A stretch of 64,000 nucleotides of DNA from Octopus vulgaris (GCA_951406725.2 OX597815.1:169756001-169820000); one strand, 5' to 3'; numbered from the stretch's first letter, positions 29,966-46,486 are shown. The notes: generated from the sequence alone by a model not told the origin. A program made the numbers and translations.

Positions 29966-30026
<61 letters not shown>

Positions 30027-30062
30027 CCACCACCACCACCACCAAACACCACCATCACCACC

Positions 30063-30127
<65 letters not shown>

Positions 30128-30171
30128 CCACCACCACCACCACCACCACCACCACCACCACCACCACCACC

Positions 30172-30205
<34 letters not shown>

Positions 30206-30212
30206 TCATCAT
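29963..30212. repeat. Compound (CAT)n/(CAC)n microsatellite
   Basis: Alternating blocks read directly. Confidence 0.97.
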
Positions 30213-30224
30213 TACATTCTTGGA

Positions 30225-30648
<424 letters not shown>

Positions 30649-31139
30649 ATTCAACAACTACGTTTATGAAAGAGAGAAAAGACAAGCTCTAGGTATTCCT
30701 GTAATGTTGTTTTATAGAGCGAGATATGGTTTTACTTTCGTTTGGAACTTATTACATTTCTGCCAACGTGCTTCCTTTCAATAAATATAATCTCCGGTAA
30801 AAATGTATCGAGAAATTCTATAGAAGGTAAATAAATACTACGAAAGGAGCCAACAAGAACGGATGTATTTGATAATCATTGATATAGTTCATGAATTTAA
30901 CGGGGAAAAAAAAGGATAGGTATGTAATCGGTCAGTATTCGAATTACAAAAATAATAGATGCAAGCTCGATGTCCACGTGTACTAATGGCTATTTTTACC
31001 TTAACGGAGGTTTATAAGCACTAATATTTGACTGCTTTTTCTATATTCAATATTCTCAGTGAAGGCCTGTAATGCTATTTACACAATTTCACTCACTGCC
31101 GTTTCCTAATCCACTCAGAGTTCACACATGTTTACAATC

Positions 31140-31140
<1 letters not shown>

Positions 31141-31231
<91 letters not shown>

Positions 31232-31252
31232 GTCTGTCTGTCTGTCTGTTTA

Positions 31253-31309
<57 letters not shown>

Positions 31310-31334
31310 GTCTGTCTGTCTGTCTGTCTGTCTA

Positions 31335-31377
<43 letters not shown>

Positions 31378-31418
31378 TTATATATATATATCTATCTATC
31401 TATCGGTCTGTCTATTTA

Positions 31419-31454
<36 letters not shown>

Positions 31455-31975
31455 AATCTATCTATCTATCTATCTAGATATCTATCAATCATTCAATCAA
31501 TTTATCTACACATACATACATACATACATACATACATACATACATACATACATACATACATACATACATACATACACACATATATACATACATACATACA
31601 TACATACATGCATACATACATGCATGCATACATACATACATACATACATACACACATACACACACATGCATACATACATACTTACCAACCTATCTACATA
31701 CATTTATACACACATACATACATACATACATACATACATACATACATACATACATACATACATACATACATACATACATACATACATACATACATACATA
31801 CATACATGCATACATACAGTCATACATACATACATACATACATACATACATACATACATACATACATACATACATACATACATACATACATACATACATA
31901 CATACATGCATACATACATACATACATACATACATACATACATACATACATACATACATACATACATACACACAT
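31141..31975. repeat. Compound (CTAT)n/(CTGT)n/(CATA)n microsatellite, about 835 bp
   Basis: Read directly; explains the 301-aa and 307-aa pseudo-ORFs. Confidence 0.97.
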
Positions 31976-32216
31976 AAATCATCTCAAAAACGACACTATA
32001 TTCGACTTTTACCTTTTCATGTGTTTAGCAGCAACAAGTGTGTGTGCGTAATTTATATATAGAGTCGATTTAGCAGCATTATGGGCTCTGGGCCCACTCG
32101 TATATAAGCATTTTATCGACAGCATGCCACAACATAAATAAGTCTAAATCGGGTTCCGAGACCTGTGGAGCCACGGGTATCTGCTCAGTGTGCCAATGCC
32201 TTAAGAAGCCCTCTGC

Positions 32217-32247
<31 letters not shown>

Positions 32248-32551
32248 TAGACAAACATAAACACTGAAATAGAACGGCAAACTTCACTGCAGATACTGAC
32301 AACAAGCAATGGAGCCATGACCATCACGGTCACAGCTACCATCATCGTCGTTGTGATCATCGTTATCATCATCATCATCATCATCGTCGTCGTCGTCGTT
32401 ATCATCATCACCTCTACTACAACTACTAATACCACCGCCACCATCACCACTACCATTCACCACATGCAATAAATAAATAAATAAACGCGTTCCAGTTCCT
32501 GAATTTTCATGTTTGTTTATATACACACACATTTCTCTCTCTTTCTCTCTC

Positions 32552-32606
<55 letters not shown>

Positions 32607-32688
32607 TTGCTGCTTAAAAATAGTCATCAGTTAGTAGCAAACTAAGCGGTGTAGTAGCACTAGTTGTGGTACCATCATCATCATCTTC

Positions 32689-32746
<58 letters not shown>

Positions 32747-33076
32747 ATGTCATCATCATCATCATCATTGTCACTGTCGTCCAATTATTAACAATAACAT
32801 CAGCAACGTTAACATTTAATATCGTGTGAATATCGTGAATACTATCAATATTAAATGACACCCCCCACCCGCCACCGTTGATGATGGTGATTATTATAAT
32901 CATCATTGTCATCAGCCTCTTCATCCTTCATCTCATTACCATCATCATCATCATCGTCATCATGATGACAATCAACATGACAATTATCTGCAACAGTGAC
33001 AACTACCGAATACGGTGTCAACATCAACGTTAATATAAACAACAACAACAACAACATCAACAAACATCACAAATAC

Positions 33077-33144
<68 letters not shown>

Positions 33145-33396
33145 TTATCGATTTCATCGTCATTCAACTGGTGTGCGCTCACACACGCACATACACACGC
33201 ACAGATGCATACACGCAACCACACACTCACGTACACAAACTACCACTTGCACAAACACACATAAACACGACACAGTGACCAAACACACACACACACACAC
33301 ATACATATATACATAAATATATACATATGTACATACATACATATATGTATACACAAAAACGTAGACATTGTTATATATATGAAAAAAAAATCCTAC

Positions 33397-33617
33397 CTTA
33401 AGAACTGAGTATTATATGAAGCCGGAATAGGGTTCGATCTCACAGCGCGTAGCGGCTGTCTAACAGGTGAGATCACAAGCTCTTGGTGTCGTTTCTTCCG
33501 TTTAATGGACGATAGGGTTCGTCGAAGGCTACCCAACTTTGCCCGGAATGAACTTTCCTCCGGTGTAAATGTATTCAACTCCAGAAGAGAGCCTCCGAGT
33601 GTTGACTTTTTATCCAT
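33397..33617 (-). CDS. Probable first coding exon of an unidentified multi-exon gene (MDKKSTLGGSLLELNTFTPEESSFRAKLGSLRRTLSSIKRKKRHQELVISPVRQPLRAVRSNPIPASYNTQFL-R)
   Basis: Non-repetitive open frame with protein-like composition in a repeat-rich region. ATG at 33617; ends at donor AAG|GTAGGA (phase 2). A possible acceptor ttttttcaaaacag| at 33648 would add 10 in-frame codons. Contains KRKKR (NLS-like), SPVR (CDK consensus) and RQPLRAVRSN (D-box-like). Confidence 0.7.
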
Positions 33618-33659
33618 CGTAACTTTAGCAAACTTCACCAAGCTTTTCTGTTTTGAAAA

Positions 33660-33780
33660 ATGATATTGTTCGACTTAAATTGACAACAGGCTTTAGTTTT
33701 ATGTCTATGCTCCTATGATTTTTTTCAAAGTCTATTTAATATCAAATCTCCGCTTTTCCGCCGCAAATGCTCGTTTCCGT
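33660..33780 (-). promoter_or_regulatory. Possible proximal promoter or 5'UTR with E2F/CDE-like and CHR-like motifs
   Basis: Minus strand reads gcggcggaaaagcggagatttgat...gacTTTGAAaa about 110-150 bp upstream of the ATG. The motifs are short, so the support is weak. Confidence 0.3.
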
Positions 33781-33938
33781 TTTTTTTTTTGTTTTCGTTT
33801 TTTTTGTTTTTGTTTTGTTTTTGTTTTTGTTTTTGTTTTTGTCTCAAGAGTTATTTAGTATAGAGTAAAAAAAACTATCCCTCTCTGTGTATATATGTAT
33901 ATACAATCATGCATATACACACCACACATGCATTTGTG

Positions 33939-33996
<58 letters not shown>

Positions 33997-34265
33997 AAAT
34001 ATATATATATATATATAAGTATATATGCGTGTATGTATGTAGGTTTGTAGGTTTGTAGATATGTGTGTATATATATATATGTATGTGTGTGTATGGGAGC
34101 CAACAAGCACGTAGAAACAGACACAGACACACACACAAACACACTCACACACACACACTCTCTCTCACCCTCCCGCTCTATTTCCTTTCATACACACACG
34201 CACACACGCATGCACTTACTGAATAAAACTGCATATATATATACATACACACATATATATATGTG

Positions 34266-34302
<37 letters not shown>

Positions 34303-34321
34303 ATGTGTGTGTATGTATGTG

Positions 34322-34352
<31 letters not shown>

Positions 34353-34569
34353 GATCAGTTGCAAGTAGAAAGATTGTTGTGTTGTGGTTGAAACTAAGTT
34401 AAGACAAAGAGGAACCAAAAAAAAAAAGAAAGCAATAGTAAAAATACAAATTAATAGGAAAAAAAAACAAAAACAAAAAGACCAAAAACAAGAAACAAAA
34501 AAAACAGAAACACCTATCTAAGTTCCTTAAAAATTCCGAACGCACATACGCACACTCACACACACGCGC

Positions 34570-34830
34570 ACACACACACGGTGAGGTCTGAAAGCTGAAG
34601 AGCAGACTTGGGCGCAAATGAAAGCGAGTCGCTAGGAGAACCACGCTATAATAAGCGTCACTCGAACACTTAACATTACGGCGCTTCCATCTCGTTTGCT
34701 CGCGATCTTTTCTTTACTTCTTTTGCTTTTATCCTTGTTTTTTTGTTTTGTTTCGTTTTGTTTTGTTTTTTTTCCGCCGCCTTCACGCAAGCAAGCCTCT
34801 GTTTCACTCATTCAGATACGCCATACCAAA
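34570..34830. promoter_or_regulatory. CpG-enriched unique island, candidate promoter
   Basis: Local CpG cluster (ggcgcaaatgaaagcgagtcgc, ttacggcgc, gctcgcgatc, tttccgccgcc) and a tataata motif about 1 kb upstream of the coding exon. Confidence 0.35.
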
Positions 34831-34999
34831 ACGATATGAAATGCTTAGCTCATTTCTCTTAATTTACACTACTCCTACCGCATCCTCCTAAATATTGTTA
34901 TTATTAACCCCCACCCCTCCTCTCTTAATATTTCATTCACCGTTTCCACAGCATTTTTCATGTGCTACAGTGCTGCTTCACACTAACTGTCATTCTTTC

Positions 35000-35137
35000 T
35001 CTCTGATTTCATCTCTCCTCTTCCTCCCCACCCTCTCTCTCTCTCTCTCAACCTAAGTGACACTCATTCTCTCTCATTACTGTAACTTTCTTTTACCCTC
35101 ATCTACTCTTTCTCTGCTGCATTTTCACAGCCTTATA

Positions 35138-35175
<38 letters not shown>

Positions 35176-35595
35176 TCTCTTCCTCTCTGTCTCCCCCTCT
35201 CTCATTTTCTCATTCTTACTTTTTCTACTTCTCTTTCACTGTTCTTTCTTTCTTTCTTTCTTTCTTTTTTTTCATTCTACATTTCTTTCCCTTTTTCTTT
35301 CACTTTTCTTTCCTTCTTGACCGTCTTTTCTTTTTCTTTCTTTCTTTCTTTTGTTCGTTCGTTCTTTCTTTCTTTCCTTCCTTCCTTCCTTCCTTCCTTC
35401 TGTCATTGCTACTATATATCCACTTTTTTCGTTCTTTCATTCCTCTTCGTTCATAGTTTATATTTACATTTTGTAGTTCTCCATTTTCTCCTCTTTCTTT
35501 TCCACTTCTTTCTATTTTTTCTTTCTTTCTTTCTTTCTTTCTATTTCGTTATTTTCCCTTTATTACGGCTCGGTTCCCTTTCTTCCTATTTTTGA
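35000..35595. repeat. Polypyrimidine (CT/CTTT/CCTT) low-complexity tract
   Basis: About 600 bp of strong pyrimidine bias on the plus strand. Confidence 0.9.
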
Positions 35596-35656
35596 ACTTA
35601 TCCCTCCATTACTTATCTTCTCTCTCATTGCATAACCTTAATTATCAGGAACATCT

Positions 35657-35751
<95 letters not shown>

Positions 35752-37063
35752 GCCCATATATCTTATATATACAAACCATATTTAAAAGTTTTATAACGTT
35801 AATAAACATAAAACCAGTTTATCTTTTGATGAAGAATCTTGGAACTATACAGCTCTTTTTTTTTAATGCGCTTGTAACAGCGCATTAGAAGACTGGCTTC
35901 ATTAATATTAACAAATGCAAAACTAAACACATTGATATTGCATTGTATAATCCTATCTGTTGTTAAAGAGTTCATTTCAATGTTGCCAAGATTCTTCTAA
36001 CCTTCATAACGAAGTATCTTCTCACAGGCCCCAGATAAATTTTTTAATAGCAATAAGGTTAAAGTAAGTAACTGTTGCATTAAAAGTCAAGTTGATTCTA
36101 CAGGCTGTATAAAATGAAAAAAACCTTTTCGTTACAAACACAGAAAGCTCATCTGTATATAATTAAAGCAGCGTTAATATTTCCCCTCTCAACGTTGTGT
36201 TTCTTTCTTAATATTAGTTTATCGAGCTATGGTCTCTCTGTAAATAACAGCGAACCAAAAACCCATGCAGAGTTTATTGAAAACTCCCTGAAAATTTTTC
36301 TTGCAACAGATGTACACTTTCAGATATATATGAAGACGTCTCACTACTTCACTATCCAAATATATGAAAAGTTTTAAGGATGCTAATATTAACAATTGCA
36401 AAATTGATTAATCTCTTATAGAAGACACATCCCCTTACCTTAATGGTGCAGGAGATGTTATCTTTGTCACACAGAGAAATCTTTTGAATTTTTAAATACA
36501 TGATCGATATCCACGGATTCTTGCAGACACTTCGCTAGCTTATTGAGGAATAACCAAGTACCAAATGGCTAAAATAGTTTATTTCCCACAAACAGATTTT
36601 CTTTACTAAGGAGAATGGCCAGAAAAAATATTAACAACAATTACTTTCTTGCTTGTGTATGTTTTATACATATGGTGCTCATGACGTGTAAGCAACACAT
36701 AATTTTGCATATGTGTTAAAAAATTGAACAGATGAAAGTGTGACGCCTTTTCATGATCAAATGGCTGTGACTAATCATATTTCCACGTCTGTCTTTGCTT
36801 ACATATTGCCATGAGGATTTCCTCTTTCTATCGTCTGAATAAGGAGCAACCTGAAACCCAGAGTTGCAAATCAAAACTCTTGAGCTTCCAATACATAGTC
36901 ATCAGCTAGTACTCAGTAATTTTTGCTTGTTCGTAAACGCAAGCTTGTCAGGAGCTTTTTGACTACCTGCAAGGGTAAGGAAGCACCTCTTCCAAAAATT
37001 GCCAGAAGATACCGAGAAAACGAGTCATTACGTCTATGTGATTTTTATGAACGTGTCTCTGTC

Positions 37064-37114
<51 letters not shown>

Positions 37115-37119
<5 letters not shown>

Positions 37120-37320
37120 CTCCAAACATGAACAAAGAGAAAACACAACAACGCGAGGACATGGAACAAGTATAGTGTTATTGGGCGCTTAGGAAAGGAA
37201 AGAAAGGAGGATTTAACGTTTCGAGCGGAGCTCTTCTTCAGAAACATAGAAAACGGAAAGGTCCAAGGAAGGGAAGATGGAGAAAGAAAATCGCCAACGA
37301 TACACACGCGGTCACATATT
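37115..37320 (-). mobile_element. Penelope-like terminal repeat with minimal hammerhead
   Basis: Minus strand gttt-CTGAAGA-a-gagc-tcc-gctc-GAAA-C-GTT-aaat at about 37210-37245; inserted beside (TA)n; related copies at 28445 and 56740. Confidence 0.6.
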
Positions 37321-37554
37321 GAATGACCGGAAGGGAATGGGTGACACTTGCGTGTGTGTAGTATGTCAGGTATATGTAAGGTATGTATGTTTAATGTTTG
37401 ATATCAGTGATATTAGCCTTTAACAATAATAGATCGCTGTAGTAAATGATCGTGGTTATAAAGCCAACAGAATAAACATTAGTTCATGTTGCTGTCGCTA
37501 TCAGTCGGATACTCTTACACACACACACATATATGTATATATATTTACATATAC

Positions 37555-37659
<105 letters not shown>

Positions 37660-37661
37660 TT

Positions 37662-38010
37662 TAGGCGCAATGCCCCAGTGTTTAGGCAGCGGACTCGCGG
37701 TCGTAGGATCGCGGTTTCGATTCCCAGACCGGGCGTTGTTAGAGTTTATTGAGCGAAAACGCCTAAACGGATGGTGGTGAACCCTGCTGTACTCTTTAAC
37801 CACAAATTTCTCTCACTTCCTGTCTCTGTTGTACCTGTATTTCAAAGGGCCAGCCGTGTCACACTCTGTGTCACGCTGAATCTTCCCGTTAACTCCGTTT
37901 ACGGTACACGTGTCTGTGGAGTACTCAGCCACTTGCTCGTTAATTTCAAGAGCAAGCTGTTCCGTTGATTGCATCAACTGGAACCCTCGTCGCTGTAACC
38001 GACGGAGTGC

Positions 38011-38012
<2 letters not shown>
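37662..38012 (+). mobile_element. SINE family D, tail type 2
   Basis: Same head as 24587-24877 but a different 3' half (ggtacacgtgtctgtggagtactcagccac...accgacggagtgcc). Confidence 0.88.
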
Positions 38013-38068
<56 letters not shown>

Positions 38069-38459
38069 TATAAATATATATATAATAGAAATATTAAAAT
38101 TACTAAGTCCCTCTAAAGGAGATTACGGCAGCGTTACTGGATATTAATAGTTATCGCCATACTAATATGGCAGTCTATAAACATAAGACTAAAGGTGTCC
38201 CTGATTAGCTCCAAGAGGCCATCGCCTCTAGCTAGCTATATGACACACGTATATATATATATACAGAGATGTGCACAGGTGCACAGGACACACACCAACA
38301 TGCGCGTGCACGCATACGTAATGATTTCGTTTTGGCATTGCGATGCTAACAACCTGTGGTTAGAACTCAAAATACATGTGTTTCAGAATAAAATGTAAAG
38401 CCTCAATATACAAACACACACACACACACTTCATAAATACATACACACACGCGTGCGCG

Positions 38460-38514
<55 letters not shown>

Positions 38515-38751
38515 GTATATCTAAATATATACACACACATATATATATATGTGTATGTGTGTGTGTGTGTGGTTTTGTGTATGTGTATGTGTGTGTGAGT
38601 GTGAGTGTATGCATAAATATCTAGATGTATGTATGTATTAATATCATAATATAGCTCGGTGGTTGACTGCTGCTGGTTGCCGGAATATATGCATTTCTGT
38701 ATGTCTGTATGTCCGTATGTCCGTCCGTCTGTGTATGTGTGTGTCTCCTCA

Positions 38752-38812
<61 letters not shown>

Positions 38813-39459
38813 GTCTCTGTCTCTCTCCCTCTTGATAACCCTGTAGGTTCGGATCACTTTATATTTAACTCCAAGTAACCAACTGTTGTTTGTTGCCAAA
38901 ATTCACTGAAAACTGTCTCTAACTCATAGTTAACTTCGATTGAGTATTCCTATGATCAGAAGTGCTCAGATCTGGACTTTCCGCCTTTTATTTAGACATA
39001 GTTGTTGTGGAACTATATTTTCCGATGTATTCATTCCTCCATAAGATGTCAAGAAATGGTAATCAACTGATCAAGAGTCTGGCGATCAGCCAGTTGTGAT
39101 CTCCCTTGCATAACCCAGTTTCGATTCTTATTTGAAATTGCTTTACTTAAAACGTTTATATTAATAGTGATATAGCTACAGTGTGCTACACGAAGCAGCC
39201 CTTGAGTGGCACACTAGCTGCTATCCATGCAAACAAATGTTCCCTTTCCATGCCACCTATACCTATATGAAATAATAATAAAAAAAATCACCGGTGTAGC
39301 TTAGCCGTCCTCTTGTTGCTGACGTTGTGGCAAGAAAGAGAAGAGTCACGTTTGACTCTTGCAGCCAGCAAGAGAAGAGTAGACGTTTGCAAAGCATCTC
39401 GTCCAACCCACTCGGAATTTCGCCAATCCTACGCTCTGGTTTAATACCTTAATCGAATA

Positions 39460-39853
39460 CTAGCAGTATCGCCCGGCGTTGCTCGGATTTGTTTCGACCC
39501 TTTAGAATTGGAATTTTTGAAAAGTAAAAATTTTGCATTATGTAGCTTGTTATTCTCTTTAACTGAACATTTTTCTGGTTGAAATACACCAAAAAAATGG
39601 CGACGCAACAGTAAAAAAATCGTAAAAAATAGGGATTTTCATAGAAAAAAAGCACCTTTTTGATGTAAATAATTTTTTGTGTTAACATGGTCCGATTTGA
39701 ATGTATTCTTCAACGGAAGGAAGAGCAAGCCTTCTTCCATCATACTCTCAATTTTGGTCAACTTGCGCCACAGGGTCTCGCAGGAGATAGTGTTAGTTGA
39801 AGGCTATCAAACCAGTCTTGATACAGACAACTTCAGCTTTATATATATATAGA
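39460..39853 (-). mobile_element. Non-autonomous Helitron
   Basis: Minus strand A|TCtatatatatataaag ... ccgagcaacgccggg hairpin ... CTAG|T: canonical 5'-TC and 3'-CTAG ends, A/T target, no TSD. Confidence 0.85.
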
Positions 39854-39992
39854 TTTTTATGGGCATCGAAAATTTGAGAGACAAATTTGACCTCGTCGGT
39901 ATTTGAACTCGACTCTGAGCAGAGAGGATCAGAACAAATAGTACGATTCTACCAATTCATCACTAGTATTAGCCCCGATGAAATGGACCTAC

Positions 39993-40012
39993 CTTTGCAC
40001 GTTCTTGCTCAT
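39993..40012 (-). CDS. Weak candidate micro first exon (MSKNVQ-R)
   Basis: ATG AGC AAG AAC GTG CAA AG|GTAGGT: good donor, phase 2; so short that it could be chance. Confidence 0.2.
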
Positions 40013-40337
40013 ATTGGATTCTTAAAACTTGATTTTATCAGATCAAAACCAATACAAACCATAGTAACTTTTACTTTTGTTTCAGCTACGAACATATTGC
40101 ACATTATCAAACTTACGCCGTTCAGTTTCTATACACTTGCGTATCTAGGACTACGCTATTCAACATGTCATTTCTTTTGTTTGAAACCTTCGTGCAAAAA
40201 TAAGAGGTTAGATTCTTCTTGTACTTCTAGCTGCTCATATGATCATTGATCACGTGGACGATCCTTCAGCTGATCGTTGCTAACAAATAGGTGCTTTTGA
40301 GAATTCTGCGCATCCATCTCTCTTTTCCCCTTCCCGT

Positions 40338-40368
<31 letters not shown>

Positions 40369-40394
40369 TTACATACACATATGCGTGTCCGTAA

Positions 40395-43130
<2,736 letters not shown>

Positions 43131-43444
43131 TATATTTTTGTATTTATAAATATATATTATTTAATTTATTAATTTTTAAAAATTTTTATTTATTTATTTT
43201 TTTAAAAATAAATATCAAAAGTAATATATATATATGTATAAATATACTTAACATAATGATAAATTATACTGCGTATGTACGTGTATGTGTATGTGTGTGT
43301 GTGTGAGTGCGTCTGTGTTTATGTATAACGAGAAATAAAAAAAAGAAGATTGATTACTATAAGCGTGTGTGTGTGTATATGTGCAGCGGAAGGATCAACA
43401 GAATAAAGGATGTGTGTTCGTGTGTATGTGTATATATATATATT

Positions 43445-43515
<71 letters not shown>

Positions 43516-44357
43516 CTCAGATCGGAGGGGGTTAGATATTTTGTAGATAGAAGCAGATTTGCAAATCGATAGTTACTTTGCTAGATAGATGTAAAGGCAG
43601 ATACACAACTTAGACTCACTGGTAAATAGAGGGAATAAGAGGGCACGAGATAGTTAAATACATTGACAGATAGAGAGATGGATGGAGCGAGAAAGGAGAG
43701 AAGAACGCAGTAAAAGTTGTGTACATACAATATTATAGCTGTATTACAAATAATATTAACGCTCGTACAAACACATGTTATACACACTCAAGTGACATAT
43801 GAAAATAAGGAAGATAAACATTGGTTTTATTTAAAGATGTATGTTCTGTGATGCATAGATAACACACGTGTAGAGAGATGTACATTCTGACTAATTTCTG
43901 TACCGACATATTTACGGAGGAAGCGCAAATATATATATATAGATTTATACGTACACTCACGCGTGTATACAGCACATTTAAAGATGCAAAACTAGATATG
44001 GTTACACAACACAAACAAAGTTGATAGACACATTACTATACACCCAAAATACATATTTATAAAATGCATATATAATGCAGAGATATAAACATATATATAT
44101 ATATGTATATATATATATGTTAAGTTTTGCACTCTGACACATTCATACATATACATATATTTGATACACACACATACATATACTAGAGTGTAGTTTATAT
44201 GAGTGCATATTTTCCCTTTCAGGTCAAAGCACAGATGTACAAGGAGTTGAGATATTTTAGCCAAAATATCGGTATGTATGTATGTATGTATGTATGTATG
44301 TATGTATGTATGTATGTATGTATGTATGTATGTATGTATGTATGTATGTATGTGTGT

Positions 44358-44401
<44 letters not shown>

Positions 44402-44415
44402 GTATGTATATATAT

Positions 44416-44798
44416 TTCTTTTCTTTCTCTCACTTCATTGTGGCTATGTTGGAGCACCGCTTTAAAAGGCTTTAGTCGAAGAAATTCACCACAGGACTTA
44501 TTCTGTCGGTCCTTTTTGTCGAACCGCTAAGTTACGCGGATATCACCACGCCAGTATCAGTTGTCAAGTGATAGCGGGGTGGGGTAGGACAGACACAGAC
44601 ACAGACACACGCACACACACATATATATTTATATACGACAAGCTTCTTTCAGTTTCCGCCTACCAAATCCACTCAGAAGGCCCTGCTCGGCCCGAGGCTA
44701 TAGTAGAAGACACTTGCCTAAAGTACCATGCAGTGAGACTGAACCTAGAACCATGTGGTTGGGAAGCCAGCTTTTTACTACACAGCCAGACCTCCGCC
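44416..44798 (-). mobile_element. SINE family C
   Basis: Reverse complement of the consensus, moderately diverged. Confidence 0.85.
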
Positions 44799-44799
44799 A

Positions 44800-44829
<30 letters not shown>

Positions 44830-44832
<3 letters not shown>

Positions 44833-45150
44833 TTCAAATGAATATGGTGCTTAAGTTAAAGGCACCAGAATTTTATATGGTATTATCCATATGAATCAAA
44901 TGGGGTGATTATAATCAAAATAAGCAACAAGAATATCCAAGGTAGAGTAGTACAATTGTTTCATGGTACTTCATTTTATTAAACCCTGTAAGTATTACAT
45001 CAGTTTTAAAATGTCGAGCAATCTTCAGCCACATATAGAATTTTTCAGTTAAACGGACAATGCACATTCTTATACTTATTTCATTTGCCAATGAGGGTAG
45101 ATATATAGACAGAGAGGTTAATTTCATCATTTATGTTCATTCTCCGTCTT
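44830..45150 (-). mobile_element. Probable Penelope-like terminal relic with degenerate hammerhead
   Basis: Minus strand ctgatgta..atactt...aagtac..GAAACAATTGTA (palindromic stem III); shares ggtagagta with small relics at 9275-9345 and 25605-25745. Confidence 0.4.
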
Positions 45151-45268
45151 TAGATTTTATATATATATATAGAGATTTTATATATATATATAAACGAATA
45201 TATATATTTTCGTTTAGATTATATATATATAAAGTATATATATATACTTTACGTATACGCATACATTC

Positions 45269-45310
<42 letters not shown>

Positions 45311-45566
45311 GAATGTATGCGTATACGTAAAGTATGCATATGCTGGGTTGAGTGTGAGAATGTTCTGCTTCGTTTATTAAAAATATTTAGAGAAATTATA
45401 ATTCCAGAGTGGATAAAGGGCGAAATTCCAAACCAGAAGGAAGGCTTTTTAATTAGAACTTATCCAAAATCAACCAAATAGTCATGTGTGTATATGTGCT
45501 TCCATGCGTTTCATTGCGTATTGCATGTTTTGATCTGTATGTATTTGACATAATTTATGAATGTGC

Positions 45567-45656
<90 letters not shown>

Positions 45657-45699
45657 TCCTCGATCTGTAGCTGTCTATATCCGCATATATATATATAAA

Positions 45700-46040
45700 A
45701 GGTAAAGGCCTCCTTCGGTCACGAATGACCATGGGATTGCACCTAGAAAGAGTACTCCTCCGAGGTACAAGTCCGGGCAAGATTGTTTTATGGAAGACCA
45801 GATATCACCGGTGCGTACTAGTCTCCCCTCTCCACGCCACTGATGTTATCCAAGGGAAAAGCAAAGGGGCCGATACAGCTGAGTACAAGCGACAAACTCA
45901 TTTTTACAGATGAGTGAACTGGAGCAACGTAAAATAAAGTGTCTTACTCAAGAGCACAACACACCCCGTCCGAAGTCGAACTCACAACCTCGCAACCTCG
46001 CAATTTTAAGTCCGACGCTCTAATCACTGAGCCATGCGTC
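45700..46040 (-). mobile_element. SINE with family-B-like head and a different, possibly RTE-derived, tail
   Basis: 45890-46040 is the reverse complement of a B-like head and CORE; 45700-45890 is an unrelated tail ending caatcccatggtcattcgtgaccgaaggagg. Confidence 0.7.
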
Positions 46041-46052
46041 ATTACACGCGCG

Positions 46053-46141
<89 letters not shown>

Positions 46142-46184
46142 CACACACACACATACACACACACATAGCACATATATACGTTTA

Positions 46185-46438
46185 GTGGAAGTGTGTGGCT
46201 TAGTGGTTAGGGTGTTGGACTCATGATCGCAAGATTGTGGTTTCGATTCCTGGATCGGGCGACTCGTTATATTCTTGAGCAAGCGATTTGTTTCAAGTTG
46301 CTCCAGTCACTCAGCTGGCAAAAATGAGTAATTCTGTGATGGACTGGCGTCCCGTCCAAGTGAGGAATATAAACGCCATGAAACCGGGAAACCAGCCTTT
46401 ATGAGTTGGCATGACTCGCCAAAGTAACTTTACTTTAC
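46185..46438 (+). mobile_element. SINE family B
   Basis: Same head and CORE-like body; ctttactttac tail. Confidence 0.88.
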
Positions 46439-46486
46439 ATATATACATTTGAATGGATATATGTGTGTGTATATGTACAAGCTAAA

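Noticed and set aside
31072-32051. Longest ORFs (301 and 307 aa) and the many IYIY/HTHT/YLSI ORFs across the window
   Set aside because: Translations of stop-free microsatellites.
40100-40320. Exon-like minus-strand segment ending at |gtaagt
   Set aside because: In-frame stops; RWMRRILK suggests a decayed RTE-type LINE.
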